From NCBI GenBank assembly GCA_051251855.1, contig JBPOGI010000004.1, positions 384,001-448,000 of the forward strand: a stretch of DNA of 64,000 nucleotides, given 5' to 3'. This document shows positions 40,565 to 49,286 of the stretch, piece after piece. Both the position numbers and the translations under genes were made by a program. The notes below the pieces were generated by a model that was not told the origin of the DNA, searched no databases, and worked only from the letters and a program-made list of their open reading frames with translations. The stretch is from Roseibacillus sp. GTDB lineage: Bacteria > Verrucomicrobiota > Verrucomicrobiia > Verrucomicrobiales > Akkermansiaceae. Numbering within the stretch: the first letter of the stretch is position 1; every line of letters starts with the position of its first letter.

Positions 40565-41137
40565 CTACTCGCCACCGGATTCCCAAGCTTTGACTTGGTC
40601 TACCTCAATGGTATCGCTTGGATAGATTTTTTCCAGCTTGTGTTTATCGTTAGTCCTTGGACTGAGAAGATACTTTTTACCTTCCCGATAGACACTCACT
40701 CGCTTCGTCGTCCCAAAAGTGTTAGGTCCCCCTGCTGCTGCAATCGCTTGCGCTAAGGTCATTCCACTCACATAATTAATCGGACCTGGACGTTGAACAC
40801 TACCCGAAACAGTTACCAACTGCTGCAAGTCTGTATCAGCATTTCCGATCTCTTGGATAATGATCGCTGGGGAGGTGTAAATTTGGGCGCTCTTGTAAGC
40901 CTCCTCAATCTTCTTCGCGAGACTTGAGGAGCTCATTCCAGCTGCACGGATCGTTCCAATCTCCCACAGACGAATGTTACCACTCGCATCAACGGGATAG
41001 GTGGCATTGATTCGGGCCTGCTCACCTGCTGGGACTCCCATTACTGTGATTTGTAACTTTGAATTCTTCTGAATTTGGGCAGCCAAAGGTTGCGCCCAAG
41101 TGACCACCGTTAGTAGGACTAGTAATAGTATTTTCAT
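40565..41137 (-). CDS. Polysaccharide export protein (OPX/Wza-like, Poly_export plus SLBB)
   Basis: YPVDASGNIRL..IGTIRAAG, VSGSVQRPG, AIAAAGG. Confidence 0.88.
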   Translation of the reverse strand: MKILLLVLLTVVTWAQPLAAQIQKNSKLQITVMGVPAGEQARINATYPVDASGNIRLWEIGTIRAAGMSSSSLAKKIEEAYKSAQIYTSPAIIIQEIGNADTDLQQLVTVSGSVQRPGPINYVSGMTLAQAIAAAGGPNTFGTTKRVSVYREGKKYLLSPRTNDKHKLEKIYPSDTIEVDQVKAWESGGE

Positions 41138-41155
41138 TTTGATTGCTCGTTAGGA

Positions 41156-43288
41156 TTAGTAGAGATCCGAATCTTCGCCTGCCGTTTGCGTAGGCTTGCT
41201 ATTTGCTTTCACAACGCTCTTGTTGCTGCGATTTTCAGGCTCTGCTGAAGGAGCGTAGTAGGTGTAGTAACTTGTGTAATATTGATACTGGTTGTCACTA
41301 CGAATGTCGACATTGTTGAGCACCACGCCGATCACCTGGCCACCGACGTTTTCAACAGCCTGCTTCACTCGCAACAGCATATTTCTAGGAAGTTTTCGGT
41401 GCTGAACCACAATCATGGTGAGGTCAACTTCACTCGCAAGTACGGAAGCATCACTTACGCCAAGAATTGGTGGTGAATCAATTAGGACGAGATCGAAGCG
41501 TTGCTTCACATCTTGAACGAGCTCTGACATACGTCGAGAGTTCAAGATACCAGCCGCATCCGCAGGCAATACGCCAGAAGGCATAAAGTAGAGATTATCG
41601 ACCGGAGTTTGGAGAATGACGTCTTCCAACATCAAGTCTGTGGTAAGATAATTTGTTAGTCCTACCGAATTATTGATATCAAAGAAGGTATGCAAGCGCG
41701 GACGACGAAGGTCAGCATCAATCATGAGGGTGGTATAACCGCCTTGCGCACAGACGTAGGCCAAGTTCACTAGGGTGGTAGACTTACCTTCACCAGCTCC
41801 ACCGGAGACGACGGTGATGGAGTTGTCTTCTGGATTCTTACGATTGAACTCAATGTTCGTTCTGAGAATACGATAAGCCTCGGCATCGGGGCTCATTCCA
41901 CTTTGCTTGTGAAGAACTCCCACATCCTTTGGAATCACTGCCAAGACTGGAACTTGAAGAAATCGTTCGACGTCTTCCAAGCTCTTCACGGAGGTGTCGA
42001 TGTATTCCAAAAAGAACGCAATCGCGATTCCAAAGATAAGTCCAATCACCGCACCCAGCACCAGATTGAGAGTCACTTTTGGGCTCACAGGCTTTAGACC
42101 CTCCTTAGGGTCTTCTTGAATCGTGATCGGCTCCCTTGGCGATCGTAATCCAACCCGCTCAGAGGAATGCTTCAACTTAAGCTCCTGAAGAAGAGCTAAT
42201 GAAGACTCATAGTCCCGAGTGGCTTCGCGGTAGTCGTGCATTTCAGTAGCCAGATCAACAAGCTCTGCATCCTTCTCCTCCCGAGTTCCCTCCATCACGA
42301 GCAATTGCTCAGAGATCATCTCATAGTTAGTTTGTAGACTCTCTCGTAGTGTAGAGACCGCTGCATCAAGGTCAGTTCTCAACCCCGAGAGCCTTTCTTT
42401 TTGAACATTCACTAACGGATGCCTCTCGCCAAGACCTGTTGCTTTCATTGCCTCCAATTCTCTACCTGTGCTTTGAAACTCACCATGTAGCTGCCTGACT
42501 GAGTTGTTATCAACAGGGAGTTCAGCCGCGTAGCGCAAAAGTTGGTCGCTATCGAGAATCTTAAGTCGATCGAGATAGATTTTATACTGATCTCTATTCT
42601 TTTTCATGTCGAAGGCATTCCGCTCTGCAATCATTTTGAGCTGAGTCTCCGTTGTCTGAGGACTATTATGTGATCCCTCAAAATAGGGCCTCCCAGTAAT
42701 CCTTACTATTGTATCTAAGACTTTACGCTTCGCCTCTACCTTGTCCTTTTGGTCCTCAATTTCCGCATCAAGAGCATCAAGTTGATTCTCAGCTCGCTGC
42801 GACTCTTCCTGATTTCTTCGATTTTGATAGGCCGTTGCAACTTCAGCCGCCACTTCGCGGGCAACCTCAGCATCAATATGTAAGACCGTAATCTCGATCA
42901 GGTCAGTTCCTGTTCTCTGCTTTGTCGATACCATTCCTTTTAGCGCAGAAACAACTGAGTCCTCATCCCGTCCCCATTTATTTTTTAAGTCGAGAGAGTC
43001 AGCGACGATTTTCAATGTCTTCGCTGCACTAATCACCTCAAACTGAGTTGCAAAATACTGTCTTGATTCCAAGATCCCTAAGTTGGATCCGAATCCCTGC
43101 CCAGGATTATTTACCTGCACTACTGCGGTGCTGGAATACTTCTTGGGCATCACCCGAGTAATTACGGCCGCTGTTAAAAAAACGAGCAGAAAAGTCAGAA
43201 GAATAATTCCATATCGATTCCGAAGTACCTGCCAGTAGTCAATGGCATGGAGGGAGGCTTCGTTGGAAGGTTGAGGGTTAGAGCTCAT
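41156..43288 (-). CDS. wzc: Polysaccharide biosynthesis tyrosine autokinase (Wzc)
   Basis: AEAYRILRTN, GEGKST, IDADLRRP, LIDSPP, Tyr cluster YQYYTSYYTYY. Confidence 0.94.
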   Translation of the reverse strand: MSSNPQPSNEASLHAIDYWQVLRNRYGIILLTFLLVFLTAAVITRVMPKKYSSTAVVQVNNPGQGFGSNLGILESRQYFATQFEVISAAKTLKIVADSLDLKNKWGRDEDSVVSALKGMVSTKQRTGTDLIEITVLHIDAEVAREVAAEVATAYQNRRNQEESQRAENQLDALDAEIEDQKDKVEAKRKVLDTIVRITGRPYFEGSHNSPQTTETQLKMIAERNAFDMKKNRDQYKIYLDRLKILDSDQLLRYAAELPVDNNSVRQLHGEFQSTGRELEAMKATGLGERHPLVNVQKERLSGLRTDLDAAVSTLRESLQTNYEMISEQLLVMEGTREEKDAELVDLATEMHDYREATRDYESSLALLQELKLKHSSERVGLRSPREPITIQEDPKEGLKPVSPKVTLNLVLGAVIGLIFGIAIAFFLEYIDTSVKSLEDVERFLQVPVLAVIPKDVGVLHKQSGMSPDAEAYRILRTNIEFNRKNPEDNSITVVSGGAGEGKSTTLVNLAYVCAQGGYTTLMIDADLRRPRLHTFFDINNSVGLTNYLTTDLMLEDVILQTPVDNLYFMPSGVLPADAAGILNSRRMSELVQDVKQRFDLVLIDSPPILGVSDASVLASEVDLTMIVVQHRKLPRNMLLRVKQAVENVGGQVIGVVLNNVDIRSDNQYQYYTSYYTYYAPSAEPENRSNKSVVKANSKPTQTAGEDSDLY

Positions 43289-43334
43289 TTGTATTTGGAT
43301 GCAGCAGTTGCTTGGGGCGCTTTACGCTAGGATT

Positions 43335-43381
43335 AAAAAAAAATCAACCCCCACGGTAAGTGACACCGGAGGGGTTGATTT
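43335..43381 (-). terminator. Intrinsic terminator between beta-barrel gene and wzc
   Basis: Minus strand AAATCAACCCC...GGGGTTGATTTTTTTTT. Confidence 0.75.
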
Positions 43382-43404
43382 GTTCAGATTTTGTAGTGGG
43401 AAAC

Positions 43405-44631
43405 TTAGAAAGTTGCCTGCACTCCTAATTGGACGCGATTACGATCATATTCACGGTCATCGAAGTCAGAAACAGAAGTCGTGAAGTTGTAAGAGCCTGT
43501 TAGGTAAAGGTTATCAGACATCTGATAACTAAACCCTGTGTTTAGGTTCAACAATCCCTCACCACCCTCTTGAGCACCAGGTCCACTTCCATCAGCAAGA
43601 TCCTCATAATCAGTCAACACGTAGTTTAAGCCTCCGAAAAGACTAAGTCGTGGATTAAGCGCGTAGGTCGCCTTGGCTCCAATTCGGAGGGTCTGGTTCT
43701 GCTCGAAGCGATGAACGATGCCATCTGAAACAAAACCTCGGTTCCAGTTCTCGTTTGCATAGCGAACGAAAACATTAGTGCTCAGCTGCTCTGTCAGACT
43801 TGACCGCAATGCGCCTTCGAAGAAAGGACGTGTGCGGGAATCGCCACCATCGGGCTCGTTAACTTGAACACCTGCACGAAAGACGACAGCGCTGGTTGGA
43901 CTCAGCCTATGCTCAACACCTCCAACGAGATAATGTGATGTCGCGTCGCCGCGCCTATCGCCATCATTAGAAGTCACACCATAACGATATCCAGCAGTTA
44001 CAACGGTAGCAGGAGTCAGACGGTAACGGAAGTCATGACGAAACGTAACCTGAGTGTAGTCAGAATCATCAATGTCATTGTAGCTCACTCCACCAAAAGT
44101 CACACCTGTCTGGGTTCCCAAACGGTCTGACCAACGATAGCCGACGGAATTGTTACTACTATAGCGGAAATATTCACCCACACGACGGTCACCACCAAAG
44201 CCATAACCGAAATCTGGCTCATTTTCCAAAGCCAAAAGATTACGGCTAGAGAAGCGAAGACGCTCACTGAAGCGATGAGTGAAGTTGAGGCCCAACCGAG
44301 CATCGAAAGTCGTAGAATCCACATTAGCCCCATCAATATCGTTCAGATAGTAACGAACTCCGAGGCGGGCGAACACTTCCCAAGTAGTTTGGGGAGAGAC
44401 ACTAGCCATATTTGCTTGAACAAATCCGCCAACGTAAGAAGAACCGTCAGCACCTCCGTCGAACAGAGGCGTTGGATTGTCGTCATACCCGAAATTCGCA
44501 CCCACAATGTAAGTCAAAGGAAGACTGCTGTCCGCCTCGTCATCATTTGGAGCAATACTGTAGAGCCCTTGAGCGGACACAGCGGCACAAGGAAGAAGCC
44601 CTGCAAAAACTGATTTTGTAAATAAATTCAT
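43405..44631 (-). CDS. Outer-membrane beta-barrel protein
   Basis: Signal peptide, GYDDN motif, beta strands, C-terminal LGVQATF. Confidence 0.87.
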   Translation of the reverse strand: MNLFTKSVFAGLLPCAAVSAQGLYSIAPNDDEADSSLPLTYIVGANFGYDDNPTPLFDGGADGSSYVGGFVQANMASVSPQTTWEVFARLGVRYYLNDIDGANVDSTTFDARLGLNFTHRFSERLRFSSRNLLALENEPDFGYGFGGDRRVGEYFRYSSNNSVGYRWSDRLGTQTGVTFGGVSYNDIDDSDYTQVTFRHDFRYRLTPATVVTAGYRYGVTSNDGDRRGDATSHYLVGGVEHRLSPTSAVVFRAGVQVNEPDGGDSRTRPFFEGALRSSLTEQLSTNVFVRYANENWNRGFVSDGIVHRFEQNQTLRIGAKATYALNPRLSLFGGLNYVLTDYEDLADGSGPGAQEGGEGLLNLNTGFSYQMSDNLYLTGSYNFTTSVSDFDDREYDRNRVQLGVQATF

Positions 44632-44664
44632 CTTAAAATATAATTCGAAATTTGATTCTAGGCG

Positions 44665-45234
44665 CTAGTCCTCTGTTGGAGAAAAATCGTCAGGAGTTTC
44701 GGAAGGTGGATGGAAGAAAGTTTCATAAAACGGGTCACCACCGGGACCACCCTTAACCAAAGGGCCGTCGAGAGGATCGCCAATTGCGATAGGCTCAATG
44801 GCATTACCCTTATCGAGGCCACCTTTACTGAGACCACCTTTAGAACTTCCAGCACTTTCACCGCTTTGAGGATCAAAAGAAGCCAAAACCTTCTGAACTT
44901 CGCTTACGGAGTCAGGAGCAACTGCAACAGCGCACTGAGCAATGAGAACCATTTCATCAGGAGAAGCAACAACGGCCACTTCAACAATTTGGCGGACAAG
45001 GTCCTTATCAGCTTCAGTCGCGATGATAGCAGCTTTTACAACTTCACAAGCGCAACCAGAATTTGCGGAAACTTGCGCTTCGACAACTTCGAGGACTTTC
45101 GCTTCGTCTGCTTTTACTGCCTTAGCAACAAAAGCTTGGATGTTTTTGCAGCTCTTTTCCGAATCGGCCGCGAGGACCGCTGGGGTGGCAGCCAAAAAGG
45201 CGGACACGAGAGCGAATTTCAGTGTTCTTTTCAT
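44665..45234 (-). CDS. Hypothetical secreted helical-repeat protein
   Basis: Signal peptide; Ala/Val-rich repeats with Cys; Gly/Pro tail. Confidence 0.8.
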   Translation of the reverse strand: MKRTLKFALVSAFLAATPAVLAADSEKSCKNIQAFVAKAVKADEAKVLEVVEAQVSANSGCACEVVKAAIIATEADKDLVRQIVEVAVVASPDEMVLIAQCAVAVAPDSVSEVQKVLASFDPQSGESAGSSKGGLSKGGLDKGNAIEPIAIGDPLDGPLVKGGPGGDPFYETFFHPPSETPDDFSPTED

Positions 45235-45277
45235 AATTTGTTCTCCTAGGGTGAACTGTTTTAGATTGTAGGGGGAA

Positions 45278-45348
45278 AGCGGGTAGAGGGAATCGAACCC
45301 TCATGATCAGCTTGGAAGGCTGGAGCTTTACCATTAAGCTATACCCGC
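45278..45348 (-). tRNA. tRNA-Gly(TCC), CCA not encoded
   Basis: GCGGGTA...CAGC-CTTCCAA-GCTG...GAGGG-TTCGATT-CCCTC-TACCCGC-T. Confidence 0.95.
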
Positions 45349-45489
45349 GCTTTCAAAGAACGTTTTACTTGCCTAACTAACAGACCGCAAGGCTTTTTTC
45401 AGTTCCTTTTCAACGATTTTACTTCGGACTTGAGAAATACTCAGAAACATAACCATCTTACTATTAATAAAATAGGAGCCAACAAACTC

Positions 45490-46242
45490 CTACAAGCCCG
45501 TTGGCAGCTCGAGAAACGTGCTTTTTAGCCCAAATTTTTCTTTCAGAACGTCTCCAATTTTCCTGACTCCAAAGGTTTCCGTAGCGTAGTGACCCGCGTG
45601 AATCACCGAGAGCCCCAACTCTTCTGCGAGCGGAAAACTCCAATGGGGACCCTCCCCAGTTAAAAAGGTTTCGATTCCAGCCCGCGCAACCAATTCGACC
45701 TCGCTTCCTGCTCCTCCAGTGATAACTCCCAACTTTCCCACCTTCTCTCTGGCACGAGTTGACGAAATGAGAGGGCCAACTTCTTTTGCAATGGTTTCCT
45801 CAAGCTCACCCCAGGTCCCATCCCATTGGCCAGCAAGCCCCAATTCTATCCCCTTCCAAGGAAGAAACTTCTCCTCTACTGAAAGCCCTAAACTTGCCGC
45901 CAAAAGCGCGTTGTTCCCCCACTCAGGATGAATATCGAGCGGGATATGACTGCTATAGATAGCTAACCCACCATCAAAGGCCGATTTAAGCTTTCGGAAT
46001 TGTCCTCCCGTCAACATCTGAACTCCCTGCCAAAACAATCCATGATGAACAACGAGAAGATCCGCCTCCTCGGTAACAGCCTTCTCAATCGCAGCCAAAC
46101 TTGCATCAACCGCGACTGCGACTTTATTCACCTCTCCCCCATTCTCGAGTTGCAGCCCATTGTGAGCACCCGAGTAGTCCGGGACCTCCGCTGTCTTCAG
46201 TTCTCTATCCAAAAACTCCACGATCTCACATAGCTTCGCCAT
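45490..46242 (-). CDS. Nif3-like dinuclear metal center protein
   Basis: NGLQLE, VHHGLFW, HIPLDIHPEWGNN, AGHYATETFG. Confidence 0.95.
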   Translation of the reverse strand: MAKLCEIVEFLDRELKTAEVPDYSGAHNGLQLENGGEVNKVAVAVDASLAAIEKAVTEEADLLVVHHGLFWQGVQMLTGGQFRKLKSAFDGGLAIYSSHIPLDIHPEWGNNALLAASLGLSVEEKFLPWKGIELGLAGQWDGTWGELEETIAKEVGPLISSTRAREKVGKLGVITGGAGSEVELVARAGIETFLTGEGPHWSFPLAEELGLSVIHAGHYATETFGVRKIGDVLKEKFGLKSTFLELPTGL

Positions 46243-46357
46243 GTTCTAAAACAATCCGCCTTCACGCGCCTCAGCAACCCCACACTTTGACCACCTTTGA
46301 GACTTGTCTCACTTTTCACTATTCAAAAAGCCCAGACCTCCCCATTAATCGGCCCCC

Positions 46358-47659
46358 ATGGCCGACATGCAAAACACTCTCGCCGCGCCCGCTTCACTAG
46401 AAGGCACTTCCCTTCATACCGGTGAAAAAGTCACTCTCACCCTCAAGCCCGCTCCTGAAGACCACGGATTCGTCTTCTGCCGCGTGGACCTCCCGGACAA
46501 ACCTCTTATCCCTGCCAATGTTGATTTGGTCGAAACCGTCGAGCGCGCAACCACCCTTTCCGTCGGGTCCACCCGGGTCCATACGGTCGAGCACGTCATC
46601 TCCGCCCTTGTCGGTATGGGTATCGACAATGCTCTCATCGAGATGGACGCCAACGAGCCTCCCATCGCTGATGGATCTTCAGCCCCCTTCGTCGAGCTCA
46701 TCAAACAAGCCGGCATCCAAGAACAAGAAGCTCCCCGCAAAACTTGGCACATTCGCGAGCCTCTTCACCTCGACCTAGGAAATGGCTCCCTCATCACCAT
46801 CGTTCCCGACAACAAGTTCCGCCTCACTGTCACTAACGTGGGTCGCAACGACCTTCACACCGAGCACTTTAGCTGCGAGGTAACCCCAGAGTTTTACGAA
46901 AAGGAGATCGCCCCCGCTCGCACCTTCACCTTCTACGAAGATGTGGCACCTTTGTTAGAAAAAGGGCTTATCAAAGGCGGCTCACTCGAAAACGCAGTCG
47001 TGATTCGGGGCGAAAATGTGATGTCCAAAGAGCCGCGCCGCTTTGGCAACGAGTTCGCCCGCCACAAAACCCTCGACCTTATCGGCGACCTCATGCTCGG
47101 CGGGAAACGTATCCTCGGACACGTTATCGCCGTCGCACCAGGGCACGGACCTAATGCCAAAATGGCTGCGCTCTTGAAGAAAGAGTATGCTAAGATGATG
47201 ACCTTTATCCCCCCAGTCATCATTCCCCAAGGAGAAGCAGTGCTTCACGTCACCGACATCCTCAAGATCCTCCCCCATCGCTACCCCTTCCTTCTCATCG
47301 ACCGCGTCATCGACTTCACCGACAAGACCTGCACCGCGATCAAGAACCTCACCTTCAATGAAGACTTCTTCCAAGGTCACTTCCCCGGTCACCCGGTCAT
47401 GCCCGGTGTCCTCCAACTCGAAGCCATGGCCCAAACCGCCAGCGTGCTCGTCCTTCGCATCCCTGAGAACCAAGGCAAAGTCGGCTACTTCATGTCTGCC
47501 GACAAAGTGAAATGGCGCAAGCCCGTCACTCCAGGCGACACCCTCTTCATCGAAGCCGAAATCGTTTCCTTCCGCCGCGGCATCGGCCAAGCGGAATGCC
47601 GTTGCTTGCTCAACGGCGAGGTGGCATCGAGCGCGACAATTAAGTTTGCGGTGCAATAG
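46358..47659 (+). CDS. lpxC-fabZ: Bifunctional LpxC/FabZ
   Basis: TVEHVISAL, ARTF, RHKTLDLIGDL; LPHRYPFLLID, FFQGHFPGHPVMPGV. Confidence 0.96.
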   Translation: MADMQNTLAAPASLEGTSLHTGEKVTLTLKPAPEDHGFVFCRVDLPDKPLIPANVDLVETVERATTLSVGSTRVHTVEHVISALVGMGIDNALIEMDANEPPIADGSSAPFVELIKQAGIQEQEAPRKTWHIREPLHLDLGNGSLITIVPDNKFRLTVTNVGRNDLHTEHFSCEVTPEFYEKEIAPARTFTFYEDVAPLLEKGLIKGGSLENAVVIRGENVMSKEPRRFGNEFARHKTLDLIGDLMLGGKRILGHVIAVAPGHGPNAKMAALLKKEYAKMMTFIPPVIIPQGEAVLHVTDILKILPHRYPFLLIDRVIDFTDKTCTAIKNLTFNEDFFQGHFPGHPVMPGVLQLEAMAQTASVLVLRIPENQGKVGYFMSADKVKWRKPVTPGDTLFIEAEIVSFRRGIGQAECRCLLNGEVASSATIKFAVQ

Positions 47660-47709
47660 CGCACGGAGAGGTAAACTTCGCTTTCGCACCAAGGCTCTCT
47701 TCCTTTTCT

Positions 47710-49242
47710 CTACTCTTTAATAACCTGACCAAAGGCGTCAACCAAGACCATCTCCAGTCTCAGAATATAGCGTTCATCTTCTGTTTTCTTCAGAAGGAAT
47801 TCCTGATGCACACCTTCACGATAGGTCACTCCACTGCTGAACTGGAACTTTTGTTGGTCATCGAAATCGCTCAACAAGCGCGCATCGTATAGGACTCCCT
47901 CCCCTCCTATGGTTGGCTGCGCTTCCAATTTCCATTTTCCTGATTCCCAATTCCAATTCACTTCGGTGGTTTCGCCGCTCCGCCCCGACAAAATCGATTT
48001 TGCAAGCATCTTCCTTTCTTCTCCACTCTCGACCAGCAGGGAAAAACAGGTCTGAAAATTCTTAGGTGCTCCACAATGCAATTCCGACAACATCTGATCA
48101 ACGAGTTCGAGCTGGTCCTTGTTCCGGAGTCCAGCGACCAGAAACCCCTGCAATCTTCCGTAGTAAACGAAATCTTCCTCGACCAAATCCACCCCAGAGT
48201 CCTCCAAGGATTTCCGAGAATCTACCCACTTCTGCGGTGGAAAGTATTTCCGAAGGATAGAAGGCAATTTTTCTTCGGCTGCAAGCTCTGGAATAGATGT
48301 TTCCTCACTATCATCGTCCGCAAAGGGATCATCAAAACTTGGTTCATGCAAGTGCACCGACATTACGCTTCCAACGTCCCAAAAGCACAAATACCTGCCA
48401 CCTTCATCACATCGTAATCTTCTGCCAAATCCTCGATTCAGAAGCACCTCAGGCACCTCCTTTTCTATTTCAAACAAATGCCAATCATGCATGGGGGGAC
48501 CACCAACGAGAATTGTCTCGGGCACCAATCGAGCCACTCGAACACCACCTTCGTCAATGACCCCCAACTCCAAAAAATAGGACGCTTGGTCGGCAATCAC
48601 TAGACCCGTGTTGAGAGCATACTTCGAGGACTTAGTCCCAAAGCTCCAAGCCAATTGAATATCATGAAAACCGTCTTGGTGGTCCAGCGTTGACTGGAAT
48701 TCGAGTTCACATTCCAACCCCTCTGGCCCCTTGAATTTTTGAGTTCCAACTTCCCCACTTCTGCCAACGCCCGCTATTCCAAAAAGTAGCCGCTTCTCTA
48801 TTCCGTCCCATTTTTTCTGCCAGTCAGTCCACCCTAGGCTTGCTTCCTCAACATCAAATACCTCCACTCCCAAACGAACAGTCTTGGGTATTATATCCAC
48901 CTTATGTCTTAGTTCTAAAATACTCAGCTCATGGGCTGGAGCTTTGGCCACCAAATATCCCGTTGTCTCATTGTAAACAATCCAGCCCTCGGCCGCGCCA
49001 ATATCCCAACGCCGATAATGTTCTGACAAGTCCCACAGCACATCGCCCTCATGGATAAACCGGCTCTCCTCAGGCTTCACCTCAGCAGCCACCCGTTCTG
49101 GCATCTCATCATCATACTCTGGCGCCAGCTCCATCCGAAACCGCTCGGGACCCAGCCAAAAGGCCTCAATCGACAACTCTTCCTCCGCCTGAAGAACCGA
49201 CACCAGCAGCAGCCAAAGAACAAAGAACCTCATCTTTCCCAT
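47710..49242 (-). CDS. Secreted protein with two degenerate (N3-like plus secretin-like) modules
   Basis: Internal repeat YNETTGYLVA...GRSGE...LEFQSTL and YGRLQGFLVA...GRSGE...LEAQPTIG. Confidence 0.6.
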   Translation of the reverse strand: MGKMRFFVLWLLLVSVLQAEEELSIEAFWLGPERFRMELAPEYDDEMPERVAAEVKPEESRFIHEGDVLWDLSEHYRRWDIGAAEGWIVYNETTGYLVAKAPAHELSILELRHKVDIIPKTVRLGVEVFDVEEASLGWTDWQKKWDGIEKRLLFGIAGVGRSGEVGTQKFKGPEGLECELEFQSTLDHQDGFHDIQLAWSFGTKSSKYALNTGLVIADQASYFLELGVIDEGGVRVARLVPETILVGGPPMHDWHLFEIEKEVPEVLLNRGFGRRLRCDEGGRYLCFWDVGSVMSVHLHEPSFDDPFADDDSEETSIPELAAEEKLPSILRKYFPPQKWVDSRKSLEDSGVDLVEEDFVYYGRLQGFLVAGLRNKDQLELVDQMLSELHCGAPKNFQTCFSLLVESGEERKMLAKSILSGRSGETTEVNWNWESGKWKLEAQPTIGGEGVLYDARLLSDFDDQQKFQFSSGVTYREGVHQEFLLKKTEDERYILRLEMVLVDAFGQVIKE

Positions 49243-49286
49243 GCTGCCTTTTTCCCTCCCTCACCACAAGAAGTCATCTGCTGCCA

